Below, piece by piece: positions 12,849 to 22,961 of a stretch of DNA of 32,000 nt. Positions within the stretch are counted from its first letter, which is position 1. Each line of letters starts with the position of its first letter. The notes beneath the pieces are model-generated. The model made no database searches. It was given only the letters and a program-made list of their open reading frames with translations, and was not told where the DNA came from. The stretch is taken from positions 27,596 through 59,595 of the forward strand of contig BAAFSQ010000032.1 of the NCBI GenBank assembly GCA_054661495.1, given 5' to 3'. The position numbers and the translations under genes are program-made. This stretch comes from Zygophlyctis sp. KS116 (Eukaryota > Fungi > Chytridiomycota).

Positions 12849-15519
12849 ATGCAATCAGTCTCTATTCCTAATCATCTTGCTGCCATTGAACCATTATGCA
12901 TGCCTTTAACTACTGACGAAGGCGAAAATGATAATAAAGGACTTTTATCTCTAAGAGTTTGTCAAGATTGTCAGTCTTCTCTATTAGGAGCATTCAATCA
13001 CTGTCTTTCACAACATTCCCCAAATATTAGCTCGATTCATGAAATAGATCCAGTTCAGGATGGGTTATCGACCAGCGAACAACCTTATTTTGACATCATT
13101 AAAGATCCAACTATTCCTATTGTCCGAAATGTTGCAGATCACATTACAAAAGACAGATTTCTGTTTGCCCAACAAAAAATGAATAAGGAACAGACAGGGA
13201 TACTTTCTAATCAGTTTGCAAAGGAAAAGTCCGGATTAATTTCAACTCAAAACGCAACTACAGGAAAGGGATTCTCGGGAGCGCTATACAAGCGAATGCT
13301 TGATCATAAGGACAAACAGATCCAAGAGCTTCAAAGTAGGATATATGAGCAGGATATGGCCGGAGGGGCTCAAGAAAAAAATGTAGATGCATTAAAGAAG
13401 GCATTGAATAAGGTAATTCACGATCGGTAACTAAATATAGGCTGTAAAGTATTATACATTTGCAGAAGAATGGCAGAAAAAAGAAGCCGAACGGCTGGAA
13501 AAAGATGTCTTGTTTCTAAAGGCGGAATTGAGTTCGATGATGGCATTCTTAATAAATGCAGAGGAAGAAAAAAGAAAAGTAATTAAATCTACCTAATTTA
13601 AGCTCCAAACCGAAATCGAACAAGTTAATAAAATAGTAAAGGGGAGAGATACCACTATTATGGACATGACGAGAACTGAAGAACAGCTTCGAATGAAATT
13701 ACATGATGCGTTTAAAGAGCTTATTAATATTAACGAGACCACAAAAAGACTGGAAAAAGAAGCTGAGAGAGGAAACGATGCAGCAGAGCAAAGGAATGAA
13801 TTGCTACAGAAAAATTTAGATAAGCTGGCGGGAGATTTTGCGTCTGAATCACAAAAATTAAGTGTAGCAACAATTAGAATCAGAGAATTAGAATTTGAAA
13901 TTGAAGAGACTATTTTACAATTTAATCAAGTTGGCGAATCAAAGAAAAAAGGCGATGAACTAAATATTGTACTGAGTGATGATTTAGCAGCGACAACACA
14001 TGAATTGAATAATACCAAAGACTCACTCGAACAAACTATTATCGAGAGAAACCTGTTAGAAGACAAGTTGAAATCAGCATTAGACGCAAGTGCAGCTCTT
14101 AAAGTTAAACTCGAGAATCAAATAGAGATTTTACGAATTGAACTGGATAAATCAAATACATACGGCTCCAATTTAAGCTCTGCAAATAAAAATCTTTCGA
14201 CTGAAGTCTCCTCGCTCAAAGATTCTTTGAAGGTAATGACAAAAACAAAGGATAATCTTGAAACCAGTCTTAAATCAGCAAATGAAAAAAGCAAAAAAGA
14301 TATTCAAAACAGGGACAATAAAATCAAAGAGCACGAGGCTGCACGGGCTGAAGATGCTAAAAAAATTAGAATTATCACAGATTCAAGAGAAAAGTTGCGA
14401 GCAGAAGTTACAGAGCTACAAAATTCGCTTGACCGGGAAGTATCAAACTATAATGTTATAAGTTTTGAGTATTCTCAGTTTAAAAGGCAAACCGAAGAAC
14501 GCTTTATTGCTCTTGAAGATCAAATAGAGAAATTAACATCTACAAAGTCTAATTTATCTGGTGAAAAGAAGCAATTATCTGAAAGATTGAAAAGCGTTAG
14601 GACCGATTTGGCAGACAAAGAACAAGAATTGGAATACACCAAAAATGCATATAAAGCTCAGGGAGATGAAGCGATAGCGAACGATATGAAACTGAGATCA
14701 CAAATTGCTTTCCTTGAATCGTCTCTAGGACAGCTTCAAAGTCAACACCGGGATCTTGATCAATCATATAAACAATCTGAAATTAAGTCACAGCAACTAT
14801 CAGAAGAACTCTTGAAAGCTAAAAATCTCTTGGCGGAACTTGAAGAAAAAGAAAGAGTGAATACGAAAAACCTGTCTGAATTGGATGGAAAACATACCAT
14901 GATGATACAAGCGCATAATCAAGCTATTCAAGATAGAATCGCCATTAAAATCCATCTTGATTCTGTATTATCTAAATTTGAAGAATTAAACAACACTATA
15001 CGCAACATGGAACGGGAGTCTGCTGCTTCTAACAAAACAAAAGACGGAAAAATTACTAAACTAAGCAATGAACTTCAACAAACTAAGGACGAAAATGAAC
15101 GTATGCGAAATATATCCTTAGAGCTGAAGGCGCTATCTGAAAAGCTGGACGGTGATTTACTGAAAACTAGAAGACGTCTACAGCAAGAAGGTTCGAATAA
15201 GGACCGCCTTGAATATGATTTGCAGAAGATGACGGATAATTTCAACGAGGAAAGAAAGATCCGTCATGAGTTTGAAAGAATGAATTCTAGGATATCTAGA
15301 TACGATGAACTCAGGGGCCTCGAGAGGCTCGCTGCATTAAGAATGCGTGATTTCAGGCTGAAAGAAATCGATACTGAATTATCAGAGCAGTTGAATCATC
15401 TTAGCTCCATTGCTGAATTATTACCCAAAGGTTTGGATTTCGGAGAAACTGATGCCAATCCTATTCCAATTTTTAATGTAAAATCAAATCAAAGACGCAC
15501 CTCAAAACTCATCAATTGA
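12849..15519 (+). CDS. Long coiled-coil protein (3 exons)
   Basis: Introns 13413-13440 (28 nt) and 13579-13602 (24 nt) join the ORFs. Continuous E/K/L/Q heptad-like sequence with no motor or ATPase motif. Confidence 0.8.
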
Positions 15520-15578
15520 ACTAAATATGAATAATAGCCGCTATTTATTGAACAAAGTCAACCAATTTGATTTAGAAT

Positions 15579-16881
15579 TTACTCTGCCTAGTATTAATAT
15601 AATTCAAACTTTACATTTGATAAACATCCAAAGGCATTGTTGGTACTAACGGAAGCAATTGCATTTCCATCTACGTTTCCATCATCGGTGCGGGATGCCT
15701 TCACATTATTGATAGATACGCTTGAGCGTTCATGCTTCTTCATGCCATTTCCTTTTGATGTGGATGTAAAGGAATCGCCTGATTTCCGCCAAGAATCAAA
15801 TGATTCTGATACAGCAGGCGGCTTGACATGTGCTTTTCCCTCAGAATCATGTTCTGGTCGCCTATAACTTTGCTTCCTCTGAGTCGATTCCGGCAGGGGA
15901 CCATCCCGACGCCAATTAGATACTTTTTCCGTCTTGTCTTGAGCTTCATTGCGTTCATATTGCTTATCTTGTCTTTTGGGAGCCTGATCACTCTGATTAA
16001 AATCTGGTAAAGGACCATCTCGACGCCATTTAGATTCATTATCCACCTTTTCGTTTCTAAATGATCTTTGTTCTGAACGATCTGGTCTCGCAATTTCAGG
16101 CGGTGGTCCATCTCTTCTCCAATTTGAAATTCTTTCAGTTTTATCATCTCTAAAAACTCTTTCTTCTCTTGGACCTTGTCTTTCACGTCTAATCTCTGGT
16201 GCAGGACCATCTCTTCTCCAATTTGAGACATTTTCAGTTTTATCTAATCTACTTGAAGATCTTGATGATCCAGAACCTTCAGCCGGCCCACCTTCCCGTC
16301 TCCAATTTGAACTATCATTAGTTCTATCCGATCTAAAAGGTTTTTTATCCGCTGATTCTAGTATTTTTAGTTTAAATAGAATATACGTTCTGCAACATCC
16401 AACCTAACTTTTCTACCCAAAACAGACTATTTTATTAAAAAATCCAAATATATACCTCATTATTTAGCAGTAATGCATCCTTTAGTCCTTTCAAATCCTC
16501 AAATTCCACATAACCAAAACCTTTAGGTTTCTCATTTGCATCCTTGATGATCCGAATAGATTTAATTTCCAAATCCCCAAAAAACATATTCAAATCTCTC
16601 TCAGTGACATTAAAATCCAGATTGCCCATATATAACAGGTAAGGAGGCCCAGACGGCAATTCCGCATTTCTTGTCCAGCTCGAAGCCGAAGCCTTGGATT
16701 CGTAATTTACTGTCGTTGATGCTGCCGCTAATATAATTAAAAATATTGTAGATTACAAGCAACTGGCAGATCCACAATATCATCTGCCCAAGCCCCCAAA
16801 GCTATAAAATAAATCCATATAATAATTACATTGATCAGCCATAAAGGCACCGAGACTCATCTTTTGATTCTTTTTGGACAT
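15579..16881 (-). CDS. TIF3: eIF4B-like translation factor (RRM plus NWRRDGP repeats), 6 exons
   Basis: MSKKNQKMSLGAFM...AWAD N-terminus, RRM PPYLLYMGNL / KGFGYVEF, five Trp-Arg repeats, C-terminal NNAFG. Five introns of 27-29 nt. Confidence 0.8.
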
Positions 16882-17000
16882 TTTCAAACTTTTTAAAAAT
16901 TTTAAAAATTTCTTTGCACATCTAGGTTTCACCTTAGAAGACCTAGACTTTTCAATCTTTTGAACCAAGACAAAATCAACATTTCAATGTTAGACAATTT

Positions 17001-17040
17001 ATCAAAATTTATTAAAATTTATTAAAATTTATTAAAATAT
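17001..17040. repeat. 10-bp AT tandem repeat (AAAATTTATT) x3-4 in the eIF4B/CDK1 divergent spacer
   Basis: atcaaaattt attaaaattt attaaaattt attaaaatat is visible directly. Confidence 0.8.
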
Positions 17041-17255
17041 TTAGAATTCGACTTGAGACTTTAAACTAATAAATCTATAAATGCAACATTTATGAGATGT
17101 CCGAATGTCTATTTTAAAATACAAAATCCATCTGATAATCTTGAGAGATCCAGATCAGATCAGATTAAAATCATCCCGATCAAATAAAAATAAAATTACC
17201 CAGATCCAAAGATCCGATAAAAATCATAAACTGTGCAATTTCGGAGTTAAAAACA

Positions 17256-18177
17256 ATGGACAATTATGAGAAACTAGAGAAAATAGGAGAAGGGACTTAT
17301 GGAATTGTATATAAAGGCCGTGATAAGTTGTCTGGTCAGATTGTAGCCTTGAAAAAGATTAGACTGGAAACAGAAGATGAAGGAGTTCCATCTACGGCTA
17401 TTCGTGAAATTTCACTCTTGAAAGAACTGGATCATCCTAATATTGTTAATTTGCTGGATATTGTTCATTCAGACACTAAATTGTATTTAATATTTGAGTT
17501 TTTAGATTTGGATTTGAAGAAATATATGGATTCTACGGCTCCAAAAGGACTTTCAGCTGATCTGGTCAAAAGTTATACTCATCAGCTACTAGAAGGACTT
17601 TACTTTTGTCATTCTCATAGAATTCTGCACAGAGATTTAAAACCCCAAAATTGTATTACTATATGTCTCTAAATTATAGTGTTAATTGATCAACAGGGAA
17701 GATTAAAACTAGCAGATTTCGGACTTGCTAGAGCTTTTGGAATTCCATTACGTACACTAACTCATGAAGTTGTTACACTATGGTATAGATCACCTGAAAT
17801 TTTATTAGGATCTAAACATTATTCTACTGCTGTAGATATGTGGTCTGTAGGATGTATTTTTGCAGAAATGGTAAATAGACATCCATTATTTCCTGGAGAC
17901 TCTGAAATTGATGAAATTTTTAGAATTTTTAGAATTTTAGGAACTCCAAATGAAGAAATATGGCCAGGAGGTAATTTAAATTTAATTTACTCTAGTTTCT
18001 CAGTTGCCAGATTTTAAGAGTACATTTCCTTATTGGGCTCCACAAAATTTATCAAAATTTGTAGAAAAATTGGAAGATTCAGGAGTACAACTTCTCAAGG
18101 AAATGTTGGCTTATAATCCAGCAGATCGTATTTCTGCTAAAAGAGCAAGATTATCATCTTATTTTAAAGACTTGTAA
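17256..18177 (+). CDS. CDK1: Cyclin-dependent kinase 1 (Cdc2/Cdc28)
   Basis: [46 protein letters not shown] and GDSEID. Introns 17653-17679 and 17971-17995. Confidence 0.97.
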
Positions 18178-18690
18178 TTATTCCTTTTTCATTGCTAAAA
18201 GATTTTTCAAGTCTGTAATAATTTCAGAGTCTACAATTTCACCTTGAGTATTTATCCATTTAGAAATAGATTTTTTCAAGATGGATTTTTTAGATTTTCG
18301 AACAATTTCCAAATTAAAATCTGAAGAGAATCTATCCAACCAAAAAGAGACTGAAATTGTAATTGCAGGATCTATTCCCAATGGATCTTTTCTAGTCCCT
18401 TGAAAGACAATCTTTTTTTTTACAAAATATTCATGCAGAGTGAGTATTCCAGTAAAGAAAAAATAAAAGAATACACAGACATAGAGTACATTTTTAGAGT
18501 CATTAAAAGAGTTTAGATAAGAGTAAATTGCAGCATAAATTGCAAAACTAGACGCTGCAAAACTTAGTAAAAGCCAACGATCTTCAAATGTAGTGTTTTC
18601 TTTAAACTTTAGCTCTTTTTTCAAGGTTGAACGAACGGCTTCTTCTAATTCATATCTGACTTCAGAGGGAGAGTAAGGATCGACAGTCAT
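18178..18690 (-). CDS. SPC2: Signal peptidase complex subunit 2 (SPC25 family)
   Basis: 170 aa with two TM helices. N-terminal VDPYS...ELEEAV, FEDRWLLL and C-terminal SISKWINTQGEI match the SPC25 layout. Confidence 0.85.
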   Translation of the reverse strand: MTVDPYSPSEVRYELEEAVRSTLKKELKFKENTTFEDRWLLLSFAASSFAIYAAIYSYLNSFNDSKNVLYVCVFFYFFFTGILTLHEYFVKKKIVFQGTRKDPLGIDPAITISVSFWLDRFSSDFNLEIVRKSKKSILKKSISKWINTQGEIVDSEIITDLKNLLAMKKE

Positions 18691-18784
18691 TCTTCTGGTG
18701 CACGCAGCCCTACTGCCAGTCTTTGCAAGTGACTGTAAGTGACTGTAAACAATTATAAAGTTACTGCTTGATCATCTTGTAAAT

Positions 18785-19687
18785 TTAATGTATTTTCTCC
18801 AATTCCTTTAAAAACTCTCTTGATCTATTCAACACTTTTTCCAATTTCGGACATTTCAAGAAATCACTAGTAGAAGAAGAGAAAGTAGGCTGTAAATTCC
18901 ATTCTATAAACTGCTTTACAAGTCTTATATAAGATTCATATCCAACAGAAGAATTTCCTAATAAAATCTCTTGTCCGTCTCTTCCAAGAACATTAAACCT
19001 ATTTCCACTTAAATCAGTCTTGACTATAGTCCTATCTGTAAATACAACTGTTATCCTAGAATCTAAATAAAGAGTAAAAGTTGCTAAATCCTTTACTTGA
19101 ATCTGTTTTTGAATTCCAGATTTTAAAACTAAATTTCTTGGTTTTTCAATTAGAGTTGAAGATTTTCCAAAAGATATATAAAAATCTAGTCCTTTTGATA
19201 TAATTTCTTTAATATAAACTCCATGTATAGTCCAAGGTAATTTTTGAATAGAATAATATAATTCTTCTTGTCCAATATACCATTTTAAAAATGCAAAATC
19301 CGAGTCTATTTCTATTAAAGAATTGTTTGATTTTAAGAGAATTTGTAAATCTTTAGACTCTTTATCTACTAGAATAAAATAAATAGCGTCTAAAGTTTCA
19401 TGAATTTCATCATTTTTAAATAAAAAATCCAAATTCTGTCCAATTTTAACCAATTCTTGTTTATAATTCTTGTTAGAGTCTTTTAAAGAGTCATTAGTAG
19501 AAAGTAATAGTCTTAGAGGCTCCTTTAAACAATTTATAGAATTTAATGCAAACTTTACAGACATTAGTTTTTCTTTAGTTTTATTTCTAATTGTAAAAAC
19601 ATTATCATCTAGTAATTTAAGAGTAAGAGAGTTGTCTAGAGTAGATATTTCTCCTTGATGTATAAGATTTTGAGGCCAAAAAGTCAT
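18785..19687 (-). CDS. Uncharacterised protein, possibly C5orf34-like
   Basis: 300-aa ORF. The segment ATFTLYLDSRITVVFTDRTIV...YIRLVKQFIEW recalls the C5orf34 C-terminal region (from memory, not searched). Confidence 0.5.
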   Translation of the reverse strand: MTFWPQNLIHQGEISTLDNSLTLKLLDDNVFTIRNKTKEKLMSVKFALNSINCLKEPLRLLLSTNDSLKDSNKNYKQELVKIGQNLDFLFKNDEIHETLDAIYFILVDKESKDLQILLKSNNSLIEIDSDFAFLKWYIGQEELYYSIQKLPWTIHGVYIKEIISKGLDFYISFGKSSTLIEKPRNLVLKSGIQKQIQVKDLATFTLYLDSRITVVFTDRTIVKTDLSGNRFNVLGRDGQEILLGNSSVGYESYIRLVKQFIEWNLQPTFSSSTSDFLKCPKLEKVLNRSREFLKELEKIH

Positions 19688-19860
19688 TTTCTTTCAGAAC
19701 TTTTAGTTTTTGTCCGAACACTCGTGGTCATGGCGTGGCGTTCCCTTCCCCGACTTATACTTCCCCACCAAGATTTCGCTAGGAAATTTATAGGTTTCAA
19801 CACAAGGACACCGCCTTTTCCATAGGACAGTAAAAGGACAGTATAGAAAAAGTATAAAAA

Positions 19861-21378
19861 ATGTCAGATTATGAAACATTTTCAGACTCTTCAGAAAACT
19901 CTGATCATTTCTCTCAGCCTGTCAAAAATGATGTTTATTTAGAATACAAAATTCTGTCGCCGCTAGAGTTGGAAATTCAACAAAAATCTATAATTTCTCA
20001 AATTTCTTGTATTTTGGGGATTTCAGCGACAGAGACTCTTGCGCTCTTGGTTTATTTTAACTGGAACAAGGATTCTCTCCTGGAAAAATATCTAGTTAAT
20101 CCTTCTAAAATTAGAAATTTAGTTGGACTATCAGTTGCATCTGCCAATGTTCAGGATTTGGAAATTATTTGTGATATATGTTGTGAATCTAATAGTCAAT
20201 CTTTAGCCTTGGAATGTGGTCATAGGTACTGTTTGGATTGTTGGAAACATTATTTGCATGGAAAAATTCAATTAGAAGGGGAATCTAGACAAATACAGTG
20301 TCCAGGCTCTTGTAATTTACTAGTAGATGAATCTACTATTTCTAAAATTGTAGATCAACAGGTCTTGGATAGGTACTCTTTTTAGAAAAAATTTATGAAA
20401 AAAGGTATCATAGGCTCTTGATGCGTACTTTTGTTGAAGACTCAAATTATCTAAAATGGTGTCCAGCTCCAAATTGTGAATATGCAGTAGAATGTAAAAT
20501 ATCAGCATTCAATTTAAAAGAAATTGTTCCTACTGTTAACTGTAATTGTGGACATGCTTTTTGTTTTGGATGTTTATTAAATGATCATCAACCTTGTATT
20601 TGTCCATTGGTAAAATTATGGATGAAAAAGTGTGCAGATGATTCAGAAACAAGTAATTGGCTTTCTGCAAATACTAAAGAATGCTCAAAATGTAATAGTA
20701 GTATTGAAAAAAATGGAGGTTGTAATCATATGTCTTGTAAAAAATGTAAACACGAGGTAACTACAAAAATTTGTAAAAAAAAGTTTTGCTGGGTTTGTTT
20801 AGGTCCATGGTCAGAACATGGCTCTCAATTTTATTCATGTAATCGTTATGAAGAAAAAACAAGTATTGATGCTCGTGATCAACAATCTAAATCAAGGGCT
20901 GCTTTAGAAAGATACCTTCATTTTTATAATAGATATGCAAATCATCAACAATCTGCAAAATTAGACAAGGAATTATATGAAAAAACAGAAAAAAAGATGG
21001 AAGAAATGCAGAGATCTTCAGATTTATCTTGGATTGAAGTTCAATACTTGAAAAAAGCTGTTCAGGTTTTATTAAAATCTAGATATACTCTAATGTGGAC
21101 TTATGCATTTGCATATTATTTAGCTAAAAATAATGCAACCGTTTTATTTGAAGATAATCAGCGTGATTTAGAAATGGCTGTAAATTTACTAATATTTATT
21201 CTAGGTTGAAAGTTTATCAGAGTTGTTAGAGAAACCCGTGGATCCTACAACAATATTAGAAACAAAACAACTTATTTTAGATAAGTCTGTGTATGTAGAA
21301 AGTCGTAGAGAAATTGTTTTAAAGGACACATTGCATGGACTTTCAGAGAATAGATGGAGTTATAATGTGGAAATTTGA
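19861..21378 (+). CDS. ARI1: Ariadne-family RBR E3 ubiquitin ligase (ARIH1/Hel1-like)
   Basis: RING1 CDICC...CGHRYCLDCW, IBR WCPAPNC, RING2 IEKNGGCNHMSC...FCWVC, Ariadne domain ALERYLHFYNRY. Introns 20373-20404, 20757-20783 and 21180-21204. Confidence 0.95.
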
Positions 21379-21424
21379 AATAAATCTGTTTTTTCCGATC
21401 AAATTTCTCTTGAATTTTTCGCAA

Positions 21425-22895
21425 ATGGAAAACGTTGCCACTGTTTTAGAGACTTGTGCCAATTGGCTCGACCGATTTATTCTCTTGGGAGAACAGCGCT
21501 TTATGAGCAGAGTCTTGCGCTCTCTGAATTTAATTAGAAAAGGCTTAAATTCTGATATTCTTGTTGCTGTTTTGGCAAAATATCTTGCTCCAGACCATAC
21601 CGTATGGAAGACGTTAAAGGTAAATACAGTCGCTCAGTATTTAGGAGTCTCCAATGTCCTCTGAAGGAGTAAAGGAACTTTTACCGGAAATGGACATTTT
21701 CTGTCATTTACTCGTGCTTTTATACTTGCATGACTCCAAACAAGTTGAAAAGGGACTTGAATTATCTGTAGAAACTGTTTCTACTTTGAAGAATTATAAT
21801 CGTAGAAGTTTGGATGCATTAGGAGGAAGAGTTTGTTTTTATTATGCACGCTTTCATGAATTATCAGGGAAATTGGGAGATATTAGAGGGTATGATGATA
21901 TTGTCTAATTATAGAAATCTCTTGAGTATTCAACGTAAGGCTACATTGAGACATGACGAACAAACTCAGGCTACAGTGTTAAATCTTTTATTAAAGAGTT
22001 ATATTGATGAAAACTTGTATGATCAAGCAGATAAATTGATTTCAAAATCTAATTTTCCTGAATCTGCTGATAATAATCAAAATGCAAGATATATGTACTA
22101 TCAAGGTAGAATTAAAGCTATTCAATTAGAATATACTGCTTCTCATCAGTTTTTAGTTCAGGCTGTTCGTAAAGCTCCGCAAACTCCTGCGACTGCTGGT
22201 TTTCAACAAATTGTAAATTTTAGTCTCTAAATATTTATAGGTGAATAAATGGGCAATTATTGTCCAATTGTTAATGGGTGAAATTCCAGAAAGAGCATTA
22301 TTTAGACAGCCTCTTTTGAAACAAGCGCTAATTCCGTATTTTTATATTACTCAAGCTGTACGTTCTGGAGATGTTGCAAAGTTTCAAGATGCTTTGGCTA
22401 AATATGGCGATGCTTTTAGATCTGATAAAATTTACTCTCTTATTACAAGATTGAGACATAATGTTATCAAGGCAGGTATTAAAATGATGAGTCTTGCGTA
22501 TTCTCGAATTTCTTTACGTGATATTTGTTCAAAATTGCTATTGGACAGTGAAGAAGATGCAGAATATATTGTTGCAAAAGTATTTTTTTTAAGTTAAACT
22601 ATAGGCTATTCGAGATGGTGTAATTGATGCTACAATTGATCATGAACATGGTCATATGAGATCAAAGGAAAACCCAGACATTTATTCTACAAATGAGCCA
22701 CAGACAGCTTTCCATCAAAGAATAGGATTCTGTCTTTCCCTTCATAATGATTCTGTGAAGGCCATGCGTTTTCCAGATGATGCTCATCGTAAGGAATTGG
22801 CATCTTTGAATGCTTCTATTGAAGAAGAGCGTAAAATGGCAAAAGAAATTATTGAAGGTGAAATGGATGAAGACGAAGAGATGGGAGACTTTTGA
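21425..22895 (+). CDS. RPN3: 26S proteasome lid subunit Rpn3/PSMD3
   Basis: [41 protein letters not shown] and YSTNEPQ..FHQRI.FCL. Introns 21620-21644, 21890-21914, 22213-22240 and 22580-22604. Confidence 0.96.
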
Positions 22896-22961
22896 TGAAT
22901 AGATTCGAATCTATTATAATTTTGATATTGAGTACAGTTTATCTTCCGCCATCGTGCTTTG

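Noticed and set aside
12849-15519. Myosin, kinesin or SMC assignment for the coiled-coil protein
   Set aside because: No motor domain, Walker motif or hinge is present.
15740-16231. 163-aa minus-strand ORF with QIGEEM repeats
   Set aside because: Alternative-frame shadow of the eIF4B NWRRDG repeats.
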